Below are positions 31,744 to 40,319 of a DNA stretch of 64,000 nt, one piece after another (position 1 is the stretch's first letter; each line of letters begins with the position of its first letter). The stretch is taken from the NCBI GenBank assembly GCA_035319065.1, contig DATHDM010000316.1, forward strand, positions 1,050 through 65,049. Reading direction: 5' to 3'. Source of the DNA: Terriglobales bacterium. GTDB taxonomy: Bacteria; Acidobacteriota; Terriglobia; Terriglobales; Acidobacteriaceae. The translations under genes were made by a program, and so were the position numbers. Below the pieces are notes generated by a model, which saw only the letters and a program-made list of their open reading frames with translations, did no database searches and had not been told where the DNA came from.

Positions 31744-31855
31744 GCGTGAGGGTCATGGCTTTGCAGCGCTCAACCACTACCGTGATCCGGAGCGGGCATA
31801 GCCCCACGTGTGCGGCACTAGTCACATCCTTCCGTCTTTCCTTATTGCACGCCCG

Positions 31856-31861
31856 TATAAT
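31856..31861 (+). promoter_or_regulatory. -10 box TATAAT 6 nt upstream of the oxidoreductase ATG (leaderless-mRNA candidate)
   Basis: cgTATAATcaacctATG with no SD. The expected TSS coincides with the A of the ATG at 31868. Confidence 0.35.
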
Positions 31862-31867
31862 CAACCT

Positions 31868-34054
31868 ATGAAGTCTGTGGTTCACGCTGCCTGTCCTCAT
31901 GACTGTCCCGACGCTTGCGGCGTCCGGATCACCGTTCAGGACGGGCGCGCGACCCGCATCCAGGGTGATCCCAACCACCCGGTCACCCAGGGCTTCCTGT
32001 GCGCGAAAGTTGCCAAGTATCTCGACCGCGTCTATTCACCCGATCGCGTACTCTTTCCCTTGCGCCGGCGGAAACACGTCGCCAAAGGGTCAGGCCATAA
32101 GAACTTCGAAGACTTCGAGCGCATTTCCTGGGATGAGGCTCTCTCGGAAATCGCCGTTCGCCTTCGCAGCATTGCCCGCGATCACGGACCGGAAGCCATC
32201 CTGCCTTACTCCTACGGCGGCACTCTCGGGACTCTGGGTGGCGGCTCCATGGACCGCCGTTTCTTTCACCGCCTGGGCGCCTCGCAGTTGGATCGCACCA
32301 TCTGCTCGACCGCGGGCGGGGACGCGCTGGTTTCCGTCCTGGGCAAGAAACTCGGCACCGAGCCGGAACAGTTCGTGCACTCGCGCTACATCATCGCCTG
32401 GGGCGCGAACATTCATGGCAACAACGTCCATTTGTGGCCATTCATCCACAAGGCCCGGCGCGCGGGCGCAAAGCTGGTGGTCATCGATCCTTACCGCACG
32501 CGCACAGCCGACTGCGCCGATTGGTATCTCCCCATCACACCCGGCACCGACGTTGCCCTAGCGTTGGCGATGATGCACATCATCATCGGCGAGAATCTCT
32601 ACGATGGCGATTACGTCGCGCGCCACACCACCGGCTTCGAGGGGCTGCGCGAGCGCGTAAAGGATTACCCGCCCGAGCGCGTGGCGGAGTGGACCGGGAT
32701 CACCGCCAGCGACATCTACAAGCTGGCGCGCGAGTATGCCAGCGTGCGCCCGGCAGTCATTCGCCTCAACTACGGGGTTTCGCGGTCGGAGAACGGCGGC
32801 ATGGCAGTGCGCGCTGTCGCCATGCTGCCTTGCCTTACGGGATCGTGGAAGGAAGTCGGAGGCGGCCTCCAACTCTCCACCAGCGGCGCATTTCCCCTGA
32901 ACAAAGGGGCCCTGGAGCGCCTGGACCTGATGGAGAAGTCGCCGCTCGGCCGCCGCGCTCGCATGGTGAACATGACGGAGCTGGGCAAGGCGCTGGCCAC
33001 GCTATCGGATCCGCCGGTGAAAGCGCTGTTCGTGTACAACTCGAATCCGGCGGCGGTTGCGCCGAATCGCAACCTGGTAATTGAGCAACTCCGGCGGACC
33101 GACCTGTTCACCATCGTGCACGAGCAATTTCTTACCGATACCACCGATTACGCCGACCTCGTGCTGCCGGCGACCACCTTCTTCGAGCACAAGGATTTGC
33201 AGGGCGCCTACGGCCATCACTACGTGCAGATCTCCAATCAGGCGATCGCTCCGCTGGGCGAGTGCCGCTCCAACGTGGATCTATTCCGCGAACTGGCCGC
33301 GCGCATGGGCTTTGAGGACGACTGCTTCCGCGAGTCAGTGGATGAAATGATCGACGCAGCCCTGTCCACATCCCACCCCTGGCTGCGGGGCATTGATCGG
33401 GCTCGCCTGGAGCGGGAACACTTCGTCCGCCTTGAGTTCAATGGATCTTCGGAACCTTCAGGGAATGGCGGCTCGGAGAAAAGCCACGCTCACTTCTTGC
33501 CTTTCGCCGAGGGCGGCTTCTTCACTCCGAGCGGCAAGGCCGAACTCTCCAGTCCGCAATTAGCGGCCCAGGGCCTGGATCCGGTTGCATGCTTCATTCC
33601 TCCCAACGAGTCGCGCCACCACAGAAACGGCGCGGGCGGGAGGAACTCACAATTCCCCCTGGAGCTGCTGGCGCGAAAGGCTGACAACTTCCTCAACACC
33701 ACGTTTAACAACCTGCCTACAGTGCGAACGCTGGAAGAGCCCGGCTTGCTCGAGATTCACCCCTTCGATGCGCGTTCACGCGACATTCACGACGGCGAGC
33801 AGGTTCGGGTCTTCAATCACCGCGGGGAAATCCGTCTGGTGGCGCGCATCACCGACGCAATCCAGCCGAGTGTGGTCGCCGCTCGCCTCGACTCGGGCAA
33901 GCAGCGCGCCGATGGCATCAACATCAACGTACTCACCTCCGACCGCCTCACCGACATCGGCCGGGGTGCGACGTTCTATTCCACGCTGGTGGAAGTTAAG
34001 CCGGTCGGCCGAGGTGAGCAAAGGGTGAGCCGGCAGGCGAAGCCCCCGGCATAG
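31868..34054 (+). CDS. Molybdopterin (bis-MGD) oxidoreductase, single-subunit type
   Basis: N-terminal 4Fe-4S motif CPHDCPDACG...C. Molybdopterin oxidoreductase core and C-terminal dinucleotide-binding barrel (EIHPFDA...GEQVRVFN.RGE). Confidence 0.9.
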   Translation: MKSVVHAACPHDCPDACGVRITVQDGRATRIQGDPNHPVTQGFLCAKVAKYLDRVYSPDRVLFPLRRRKHVAKGSGHKNFEDFERISWDEALSEIAVRLRSIARDHGPEAILPYSYGGTLGTLGGGSMDRRFFHRLGASQLDRTICSTAGGDALVSVLGKKLGTEPEQFVHSRYIIAWGANIHGNNVHLWPFIHKARRAGAKLVVIDPYRTRTADCADWYLPITPGTDVALALAMMHIIIGENLYDGDYVARHTTGFEGLRERVKDYPPERVAEWTGITASDIYKLAREYASVRPAVIRLNYGVSRSENGGMAVRAVAMLPCLTGSWKEVGGGLQLSTSGAFPLNKGALERLDLMEKSPLGRRARMVNMTELGKALATLSDPPVKALFVYNSNPAAVAPNRNLVIEQLRRTDLFTIVHEQFLTDTTDYADLVLPATTFFEHKDLQGAYGHHYVQISNQAIAPLGECRSNVDLFRELAARMGFEDDCFRESVDEMIDAALSTSHPWLRGIDRARLEREHFVRLEFNGSSEPSGNGGSEKSHAHFLPFAEGGFFTPSGKAELSSPQLAAQGLDPVACFIPPNESRHHRNGAGGRNSQFPLELLARKADNFLNTTFNNLPTVRTLEEPGLLEIHPFDARSRDIHDGEQVRVFNHRGEIRLVARITDAIQPSVVAARLDSGKQRADGININVLTSDRLTDIGRGATFYSTLVEVKPVGRGEQRVSRQAKPPA

Positions 34055-34089
34055 CTGGGGTCAGGAGTTCTGGGCTCCTGCTTGTCCGA

Positions 34090-34980
34090 TTACTTCCCGG
34101 GCTTCTTGAAGGGATCGTAGGTCACGCTGGTCTGGAACAGCGAATCCGCAACTCCGGTATTGACGCGCACCACGGTCAGGAAGCGCTGATTGGTGATCTC
34201 GCCGTTGCGGGTGCGCAGAATGCTGTGCGGAAGCAGCACCCCGCCAACCGATCTGAAGTTGTCGTAGATTTCTCCCTCTTCGTTCTTCAGGTTGTCGAGG
34301 CGATCCCGCCAGCTCCAGACTTTCTTCACCGGCAGGTGCGTGTTGCGGTCAATAAAGATGGTGACCGAGTCGTTCTTGGCATCGAGGATGGTCACCGAAT
34401 CGCAGGGCTTCTGCTCCGCCACCGCCGGTCCGTCGTAGATGAGGGCAGTGTCCTTCTGCTGCAGCCATATTCGCAGCACTGTTTCCATCGAGTGCTCACG
34501 CCGCCGCAGGTAATCCTCCAGTTGCTCCCGTTCCTGCGGCGCGGTGCCCTTGTAGGTAACCTCGTAGCCGCGATCGCCGACATTGATGTAGACGATGTCG
34601 CGTTGCTTGGTGAGTTCGACCCGGTCCTTGTCGGGAAACTTCCAGAAGCGCCAGAAGGGTGCGCCCACGCTGTTCGGGCGGCCCTGGAGGAAGCTGTAGG
34701 CACGACCTTCCTGCTCCATATCCTGGACCGACATGTAAGTCTTGCCGCCCATCGTCTGGATCATCTGGTCCAGGAAGGCGCGCGCCTTGAGTGCGTTTTT
34801 GTCGGTGCTCTCGACGGCAATGAAGGGAGAAGGTGCGGGAGAAGCTTCCTGAGCCGACGATTGCACCAGCGCAGGCGCAATGGCTAGCAGCGCAATCAAG
34901 ATAAGGTGTCTCATTTCGCAAGGCACCTGCGGGAGACGCATCTTGGGCTTTCGCCGCGTCGGGATGAGAGCTCCGATCAT
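34090..34980 (-). CDS. Secreted LolA-like / lipoprotein-sorting-fold protein (hypothetical)
   Basis: Signal peptide (MRHLILIALLAIAPALVQSSAQ). The sequence resembles proteins annotated as outer-membrane lipoprotein-sorting. The ATG at 34980 overlaps the SDR stop (ATGA). Alternative start at 34914. Confidence 0.6.
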   Translation of the reverse strand: MIGALIPTRRKPKMRLPQVPCEMRHLILIALLAIAPALVQSSAQEASPAPSPFIAVESTDKNALKARAFLDQMIQTMGGKTYMSVQDMEQEGRAYSFLQGRPNSVGAPFWRFWKFPDKDRVELTKQRDIVYINVGDRGYEVTYKGTAPQEREQLEDYLRRREHSMETVLRIWLQQKDTALIYDGPAVAEQKPCDSVTILDAKNDSVTIFIDRNTHLPVKKVWSWRDRLDNLKNEEGEIYDNFRSVGGVLLPHSILRTRNGEITNQRFLTVVRVNTGVADSLFQTSVTYDPFKKPGK

Positions 34981-35750
34981 CCTACCAATACCGCGCCGCC
35001 GTTCACGTTAAAGATTTCGCCGGTGATGAATCCTGCGTGATCGGTGCACAGGAACAGGATGGGAGCGGCTACTTCCTCCGGAGTGCCGGCCCGGCCCAGC
35101 GGGATAGTAACGAGCACGCGTTGCCTGGTGGCTGGATCTTCCAGCGCCGGTGCGGCCATCTCCGTCGCCACCCATCCCGGCGCCACGCAATTGACGTAAA
35201 TGCGGTCGCGCGCCAGCTCGGTGGAGAGCCCTTTGACCATGCTGATCACCGCGCCTTTGCTGGCGGCGTAGTCGCAGTGAAACGCCTCTCCCCGCTGGCC
35301 GGCGGTCGAGCTGATGATTACGATATGCCCGCCGCCCTGCTTCTTCATCTGCGCAACCGCGTACTTGACCAGGCCGAAAACGCTGTCGAGATTGACCGCC
35401 AGCGTCCGCCTCCACTGCTCGTCCGTCATGCGGTCGACGGCTGCATCCTCAGGAGGCCAGATGCCGTGGTTGGCGATCAGGATGTCGAGCCGTCCAAAGC
35501 GCTTGACCGCCGCTTCTACCAGCCGGCGCGCAGCCTCCGGGCTGTCGAGATCGCTCTGGAAGGCGGCGCAGCGGCTCTCGCCGCAGCGCGCCGCAAGGGC
35601 CTCTGCCTGTTGTCTGGCCTTCCGATAGCTGAAGGCGACGCTTGCGCCGGCGGCCACAAAGAGGCTCACTGCAGCCGCCCCAATACCGCGCGAGCCTCCG
35701 CTGATCAACGCGACGCGCCCGGCAACCGACATGGCAACTCCATTCGACAT
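34977..35750 (-). CDS. SDR-family oxidoreductase (FabG-like)
   Basis: Cofactor motif ISGGSRGIGAA and catalytic YAASKGAV (YxxxK). Confidence 0.9.
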   Translation of the reverse strand: MSNGVAMSVAGRVALISGGSRGIGAAAVSLFVAAGASVAFSYRKARQQAEALAARCGESRCAAFQSDLDSPEAARRLVEAAVKRFGRLDILIANHGIWPPEDAAVDRMTDEQWRRTLAVNLDSVFGLVKYAVAQMKKQGGGHIVIISSTAGQRGEAFHCDYAASKGAVISMVKGLSTELARDRIYVNCVAPGWVATEMAAPALEDPATRQRVLVTIPLGRAGTPEEVAAPILFLCTDHAGFITGEIFNVNGGAVLVG

Positions 35751-35858
35751 ACGCCGATGAAGTTACCAGAAGCCACATGGCGAAGTCAGCAAGGGCGATG
35801 CGGGCTGTGCTCCCCGCGATCGATCCCTCGCGGGCGCAGCTCGCGAAGGAGGCAGCGT

Positions 35859-36038
35859 CTACGCCGACTTCTTCTTCCGCGGCTTATACGCCTTTTCCAC
35901 TTCCTGAATGTCTTCCTCTACCGCTTCAGGATCGGGCATCTCGTACTCTGGATCGTAGCGGCTCTTCTCGCCCGCCGGCCGGTCGTGAAAGCCCTGGCCG
36001 TGCTCGTTCCTGGGAACTTCCTCTTTCTTGCGAGCCAT
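35859..36038 (-). CDS. 59-aa highly charged small protein
   Basis: GGAGG lies 5 nt before the ATG at 36038. Product MARKKEEVPRNEHGQGFHDRPAGEKSRYDPEYEMPDPEAVEEDIQEVEKAYKPRKKKSA has basic termini, an acidic centre and no hydrophobic core. Confidence 0.45.
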   Translation of the reverse strand: MARKKEEVPRNEHGQGFHDRPAGEKSRYDPEYEMPDPEAVEEDIQEVEKAYKPRKKKSA

Positions 36039-36087
36039 GATTCCTCCAGTGGGGTATGGATGGGTGTGTCTAGGCGATAGATGCCGT

Positions 36088-36876
36088 CTAGCGGGGCAGC
36101 GTCTCAAAATCCGGAGCCGGGGTGCGGGGCTGTTCGTGGCGGCGCCGCGCCGCTTCGACAAACGCGCGAAAGATCGCCTGAGAAGCGGGATCCACCTCGA
36201 ATCCTCGTTCCGGGTGCCACTGCACTCCGAGCACGAAGTGATCGGAAGAACTTCCCTCGACGGCTTCGATGATGCCGTCCTCCGGGCAACGCGCGACCAC
36301 GCGCAGGCCGTCGCCGGCCGAGGCCACCGACTGGTGATGGCTCGAGTTCACCCAGCCGCAAGGCCTCCCCCGGTCGGCGGGCCAAATCGGTTCCAGCACC
36401 CGCGCCAGCGTCGAGCCCGGCTCGATTTCGACGGTGTGCGCGCGCGGCACCTTTCGCCCCGCCTCGTGGTTGATCTGGGTGCGAACCTCAGAGGGAATGT
36501 CCTGAAACAGGGTCCCCGTGCGCCACACGTTGAGTGCCTGCACCCCATAGCAGATCCCCAGGATGGGCTTCCGCATGTTGTGTGCGTCCTGCAGCAGCAG
36601 TTCGTCCACATTGTCACGGCCGGGGTCGGCGGGGTTGGTTTCCTTACGTTTTGTGGCCCCGTACTTTTCCGGGGAAAGATCGGCGGGGCTGCCGGGCAGC
36701 AGAACCGCATCGCAGGTGGTCACCAGGCGGGCGATCTCGGCGTTCGGCCGGTCCAAGGGAATCATGACTGCCTCACCCCCTGCGGCCTCTACCGCTTGCA
36801 TGTATTGCGGCAGGGAGCGCTGGTTGTAGTCCGGCTTCTGCGAGTGGGGCAACGGTACGGCAATGCGCGGGCGCAT
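36088..36876 (-). CDS. Class I glutamine amidotransferase-like gamma-glutamyl hydrolase (PuuD / peptidase C26 family)
   Basis: Nucleophile motif GICYGVQ and SSHHQSV. Confidence 0.85.
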   Translation of the reverse strand: MRPRIAVPLPHSQKPDYNQRSLPQYMQAVEAAGGEAVMIPLDRPNAEIARLVTTCDAVLLPGSPADLSPEKYGATKRKETNPADPGRDNVDELLLQDAHNMRKPILGICYGVQALNVWRTGTLFQDIPSEVRTQINHEAGRKVPRAHTVEIEPGSTLARVLEPIWPADRGRPCGWVNSSHHQSVASAGDGLRVVARCPEDGIIEAVEGSSSDHFVLGVQWHPERGFEVDPASQAIFRAFVEAARRRHEQPRTPAPDFETLPR

Positions 36877-36885
36877 GGGTTAAGT

Positions 36886-37719
36886 TTAGCGCGGCTCCTG
36901 CCGGCGCGCAGTCTCGACTTCCGCCGGCGCTGCCGCGGGTCGAGGAGCAGCAGCAGGCCTCGGGTCAGGCGCCGAGGCCCGGGCATAGTACATGTCCTCG
37001 ATCACCGCCTGCACGCGCTGAGAGAGCACATCCATGTCTCGCGTGGCGTATCCGGCGGTTGAGATCGGCTTACCCACGATCAGCTCAATCGGGTGCGGAC
37101 GGATGTGATAGGTGTTCGGCCGAAGACACGCGTTCGTCCCTACAATTGCCAGGGGCACCACCGGAACGCCCGCCTTGATAGCGACGTAGAATGCTCCGCT
37201 CAGGAACGGCCTGACCTGGCCTGTCCCCGATCGCCCGCCTTCCGGGAAGACGACCAGCGGCATTCCCTTGTGGACGGTTTCCGAAGCACGATTCAGCGCG
37301 CGCAGGCTGGAGCGCGCATCGCTCTGGTCCACGGCAATCTGTCCCGACCGCCGCAAGTGCCAACCCATGAAGGGATAGCGAAACAACTCCTCCTTGGCGA
37401 TGATCCGGAACGGCATGGGCATGTTCGCGTACAGTAGCGGAATGTCCAGCGCGGAGATGTGGTTCGCCGCATAAACCGCGGGCTGCTCAGGCTGGAGGTT
37501 CTCAAGGCCCAACACTCGAACCGGGGACAAGGTGGTTTTCAGGATCAGCCACGACCACAAGCGCGCAAACTGATGCTGCACGCGGCCCTGCCGGTCAAAC
37601 AGGGAACTGATCAGCGACAGACTCCCCAGGACGACAGTGTAAGAGTAAATCAGCGGGTCAAGGATGAAGATCGAACGGACCCAGCTCAGAGCATCCTGGA
37701 TTTTGGGAGATTGGCTCAC
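36886..37719 (-). CDS. 1-acyl-sn-glycerol-3-phosphate acyltransferase family (PlsC-like)
   Basis: HX4D motif NHISALD and FPEGGRS, an N-terminal TM, and a Pro/Ala-rich C-terminal tail. Confidence 0.88.
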   Translation of the reverse strand: MSQSPKIQDALSWVRSIFILDPLIYSYTVVLGSLSLISSLFDRQGRVQHQFARLWSWLILKTTLSPVRVLGLENLQPEQPAVYAANHISALDIPLLYANMPMPFRIIAKEELFRYPFMGWHLRRSGQIAVDQSDARSSLRALNRASETVHKGMPLVVFPEGGRSGTGQVRPFLSGAFYVAIKAGVPVVPLAIVGTNACLRPNTYHIRPHPIELIVGKPISTAGYATRDMDVLSQRVQAVIEDMYYARASAPDPRPAAAPRPAAAPAEVETARRQEPR

Positions 37720-37768
37720 CTACGGATGGAACAGGGTAGCACGTTCCTCGAGGCCCGCGGCCCCTCCG

Positions 37769-38140
37769 TCAGACCTGCTCCAGCACTTCCAGCGTCCTCT
37801 CATTGCGGACGTTCCCGGTATTGAGCGTGCTCTTGGGCTCGAGGAGCACAAGGTGCACCTCCTCATCCGCGATAGGCAAGTGCTCCATTCCGCGGGGCAC
37901 GATGACAAACTCGCCGGGATGGAGCGCCAACTCCCGCTCCACGCCCTGCTCGCGGAATTTCATGCGCAGCGTTCCTTTCACGATTAGAAAAAGCTCATCC
38001 TCCTCGTCATGATGGTGCCACACGAATTCACCCTTTACCTTGACCAGCTTGACGTAGGAGTCGTTCACTTCACCGGCAATTTTGGGACTGTAGTAATCCT
38101 GGAAGCGGGAGAACTTTTCGGCAAGGTTCACTTTGTGCAT
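37769..38140 (-). CDS. Cupin-domain protein
   Basis: 123 aa with GEFVWHHHDEEDELFLIVKG...VPRGMEH. ATG at 38138-38140 inside the longer track ORF. Confidence 0.8.
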   Translation of the reverse strand: MHKVNLAEKFSRFQDYYSPKIAGEVNDSYVKLVKVKGEFVWHHHDEEDELFLIVKGTLRMKFREQGVERELALHPGEFVIVPRGMEHLPIADEEVHLVLLEPKSTLNTGNVRNERTLEVLEQV

Positions 38141-38342
38141 GGCATCCCCCCTGGATTCAGATGTGCCGACCAAGTCCCACGACTCAGATTCCTGGCCCCG
38201 AGCAGCAGGTGTTCGAATTCCCCCTGATGAATCAGCTTGGCCGGCCGTTGACGGGCCCTCCACAGGATCAGCGTGGGTCGAGTAGTGATGGATGCGGTTC
38301 CAACGCCTATGCAATGTTCTCTGTAACGCCAAAAGCCGAAAT

Positions 38343-38378
38343 CATATCCGCCGCGCGGGCTCGCACGCGGCGGATATG
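38343..38378 (-). terminator. Hairpin/terminator downstream of Cys-rich paralog 1
   Basis: Perfect 13-bp stem CATATCCGCCGCG / CGCGGCGGATATG with a 10-nt loop. On the minus strand it is followed by ATTTCGGCTTTTGG. Confidence 0.5.
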
Positions 38379-38504
38379 CTTCGGCCCCTTCTAACCTTGC
38401 TACTGCCTGGTACGTTTCGCCTTATTCTCGTGCAAGACCATCCGTCACGAAACGAATGGTCCTGCACGGGGGAGAGCTAACGCAGCGTTGATCCGGCTAC
38501 CCGA

Positions 38505-39110
38505 CTAGTTCGCTTGCTCGGGGCAGGAGCAAACGCCCTTGCCGCTGCCCAGGTACTGCACGAACGCGCAGGCCTGGCCCAGGAAGGAGAGCTCGTCCTG
38601 CTGCAACAACGCAGGCTCGAATTCGGCTTCCGTGGTGGAGAAGTACTCGCCACCGGGGCTCTGCAGGTGAGTTCCCCACGCGCGCAGCGTGGTGGTGGGA
38701 ACCGGGCTGGTGGGATCGCAGTTCGCCTGGTTGTCGGAGACGATCTTGATCACGCCCGTACTGGGAGCCGGCCAGCCGGTCAGCGGGTTGCCGTTCAGGT
38801 CATAGTTGACGGAGAACGTCAGCAGCCCGTTGGCCGTGATGTTGCATGAGCAGCACTCGCTCATTTCCTGGTTGGCGTCGAACACGTAGATGTCAGCGCA
38901 CACCGAACCTTCATGCGCAGACAGCGGCGTTCCCTGCTCTCCAGGATTGATGATGCGAACGGCTGTATCGGGATACCCCGGCGCCTTCGTGTCAGAGGCG
39001 GTTGAGAAATAGTTTACCCAGTACACTTCGCTGATCCCCTGCGCCGGAGCAAACGACGCGCAGACAACCAGGAACAGTACCAGAACAGCAACGGAAAGGG
39101 TCTTACACAT
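38505..39110 (-). CDS. Secreted 8-Cys protein, unknown family (paralog 1)
   Basis: [10 protein letters not shown], a 23-aa signal peptide ending APA, and 8 Cys. About 72% identical to the neighbouring gene in the mature part by my manual alignment. The track ORF start 39326 is rejected. Confidence 0.8.
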   Translation of the reverse strand: MCKTLSVAVLVLFLVVCASFAPAQGISEVYWVNYFSTASDTKAPGYPDTAVRIINPGEQGTPLSAHEGSVCADIYVFDANQEMSECCSCNITANGLLTFSVNYDLNGNPLTGWPAPSTGVIKIVSDNQANCDPTSPVPTTTLRAWGTHLQSPGGEYFSTTEAEFEPALLQQDELSFLGQACAFVQYLGSGKGVCSCPEQAN

Positions 39111-39326
39111 ACGGAATCCTCCTTGATATGTTCCGGCCATGCGGTGGCGGAAATCGCTCGGGCAGAATGCACCGGCCCGAGCTGCATTCACAATTCCCCA
39201 AATGGGGGAGCCGACTGGGGTAGACACGACGCCTAACCCAAACGGTGAGTTACTACTTACGGCGCTGGGCAACCGGGGCAGTGTGCGCTGACGACTCGAT
39301 GTGGCTGGGGGCTGCCGGGAAGGCAT

Positions 39327-39361
39327 ACAAAACAGAAGACCACCCGCATTGGGGTGGTCTT
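39327..39361 (-). terminator. Intrinsic terminator between the two Cys-rich paralogs
   Basis: Minus strand reads AAGACCACCC, CAATGC, GGGTGGTCTT (10 bp perfect), then CTGTTTTGT. It lies 29 nt after the paralog-2 stop. Confidence 0.7.
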
Positions 39362-39389
39362 GAACACTGGGACCCGCCGTGGGCTTAAC

Positions 39390-39992
39390 CTAGTTGCTTT
39401 CGATGCTGCACTCGCAGACGCCCTTCCCGCTGCCCAGGAACTGCACAAACGAGCATGCGGTGCCCAGGAACGAGAGCTCGTCCTGCTGGAGCAACGCCCC
39501 CTGAAATTCCGTTTCGGTGGTTACTATGACCCCGCCCGGAAGCTGCAGGTGTGTCGCCCAGGCGCGCAGATCCGGGGTAGGAACGGGAGAGGTGGGATCG
39601 CAGTTGGCGCGATTGTCCGACACGATCTTGATAACGCCGTTGGTCGGGGCCGGAAATCCGGTCAGGGGATTGCCGTTCAGGTCATAGTTGAGCGACAGGA
39701 TCAGCAGGCCATTGGCGGTAATCGGACACGCGCAGCACTCGCTCATCTCCTGATTGTCGTCGAACACATAGATGTCGGCGCAGACCGTGCCCTGCTTGGA
39801 ACTGATCGGCGTGCCCTGCTCTCCGGGATTGATGATGCGCACTGCCTGGTCAATCTCGGCCGTACCAGCGCGCCCCGGGGTATTGGAGAAGTAGTTCACC
39901 TGGTAGACGTCACTGAGTCCCTGCGCCGCAACCATCGACGATAGGGCGATCAGGATGAAGGCCAGAGCGGTAGCGAACCAAGCTTTCTTCAT
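39390..39992 (-). CDS. Secreted 8-Cys protein, unknown family (paralog 2)
   Basis: [10 protein letters not shown], a 23-aa signal peptide ending VAA, and the same 8 Cys positions as paralog 1. Confidence 0.8.
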   Translation of the reverse strand: MKKAWFATALAFILIALSSMVAAQGLSDVYQVNYFSNTPGRAGTAEIDQAVRIINPGEQGTPISSKQGTVCADIYVFDDNQEMSECCACPITANGLLILSLNYDLNGNPLTGFPAPTNGVIKIVSDNRANCDPTSPVPTPDLRAWATHLQLPGGVIVTTETEFQGALLQQDELSFLGTACSFVQFLGSGKGVCECSIESN

Positions 39993-40319
39993 TCAGGGTC
40001 CTCCTTGACGTTTCCCCGCGGGATGATGCCGGGAAAAACTTTGGCCAGATAGTCTGCCCAGCCTGTGCTGCGTGCGCAATAGCCCAAGTGGCTGAGCCGT
40101 TTGACCTAGACGGAAGGATTAGACGGCGGGGACTGCCCGCTCGCACATGCCTCGGTGACCCTCATTACTGCGCCCCACCCAGCCCTGTGTCAGCTTTTCA
40201 CACCGAGATCTGAAGAACTCACACGGCTTCCGGAGAGACGCAAGACGCCCCGGAGCGAGACTCACGGCTTTGGGGTCCGGCCAGCCGGAAGCCAGGTCAC
40301 TTCATCACGCGGAGGATTC

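Noticed and set aside
38140-38225. GTTCGAATTCC, resembling a tRNA T-loop, considered as a possible tRNA gene
   Set aside because: The flanking bases cannot form the T-stem, acceptor or anticodon arms. I found no tRNA-like cloverleaf here or in any other intergenic region.
38505-39992. The duplicated Cys-rich genes considered as a diversity-generating retroelement target/template pair or a mobile duplication
   Set aside because: There is no reverse transcriptase, integrase, transposase or flanking inverted/direct repeats. Differences between the copies are spread over all base types rather than being adenine-specific.
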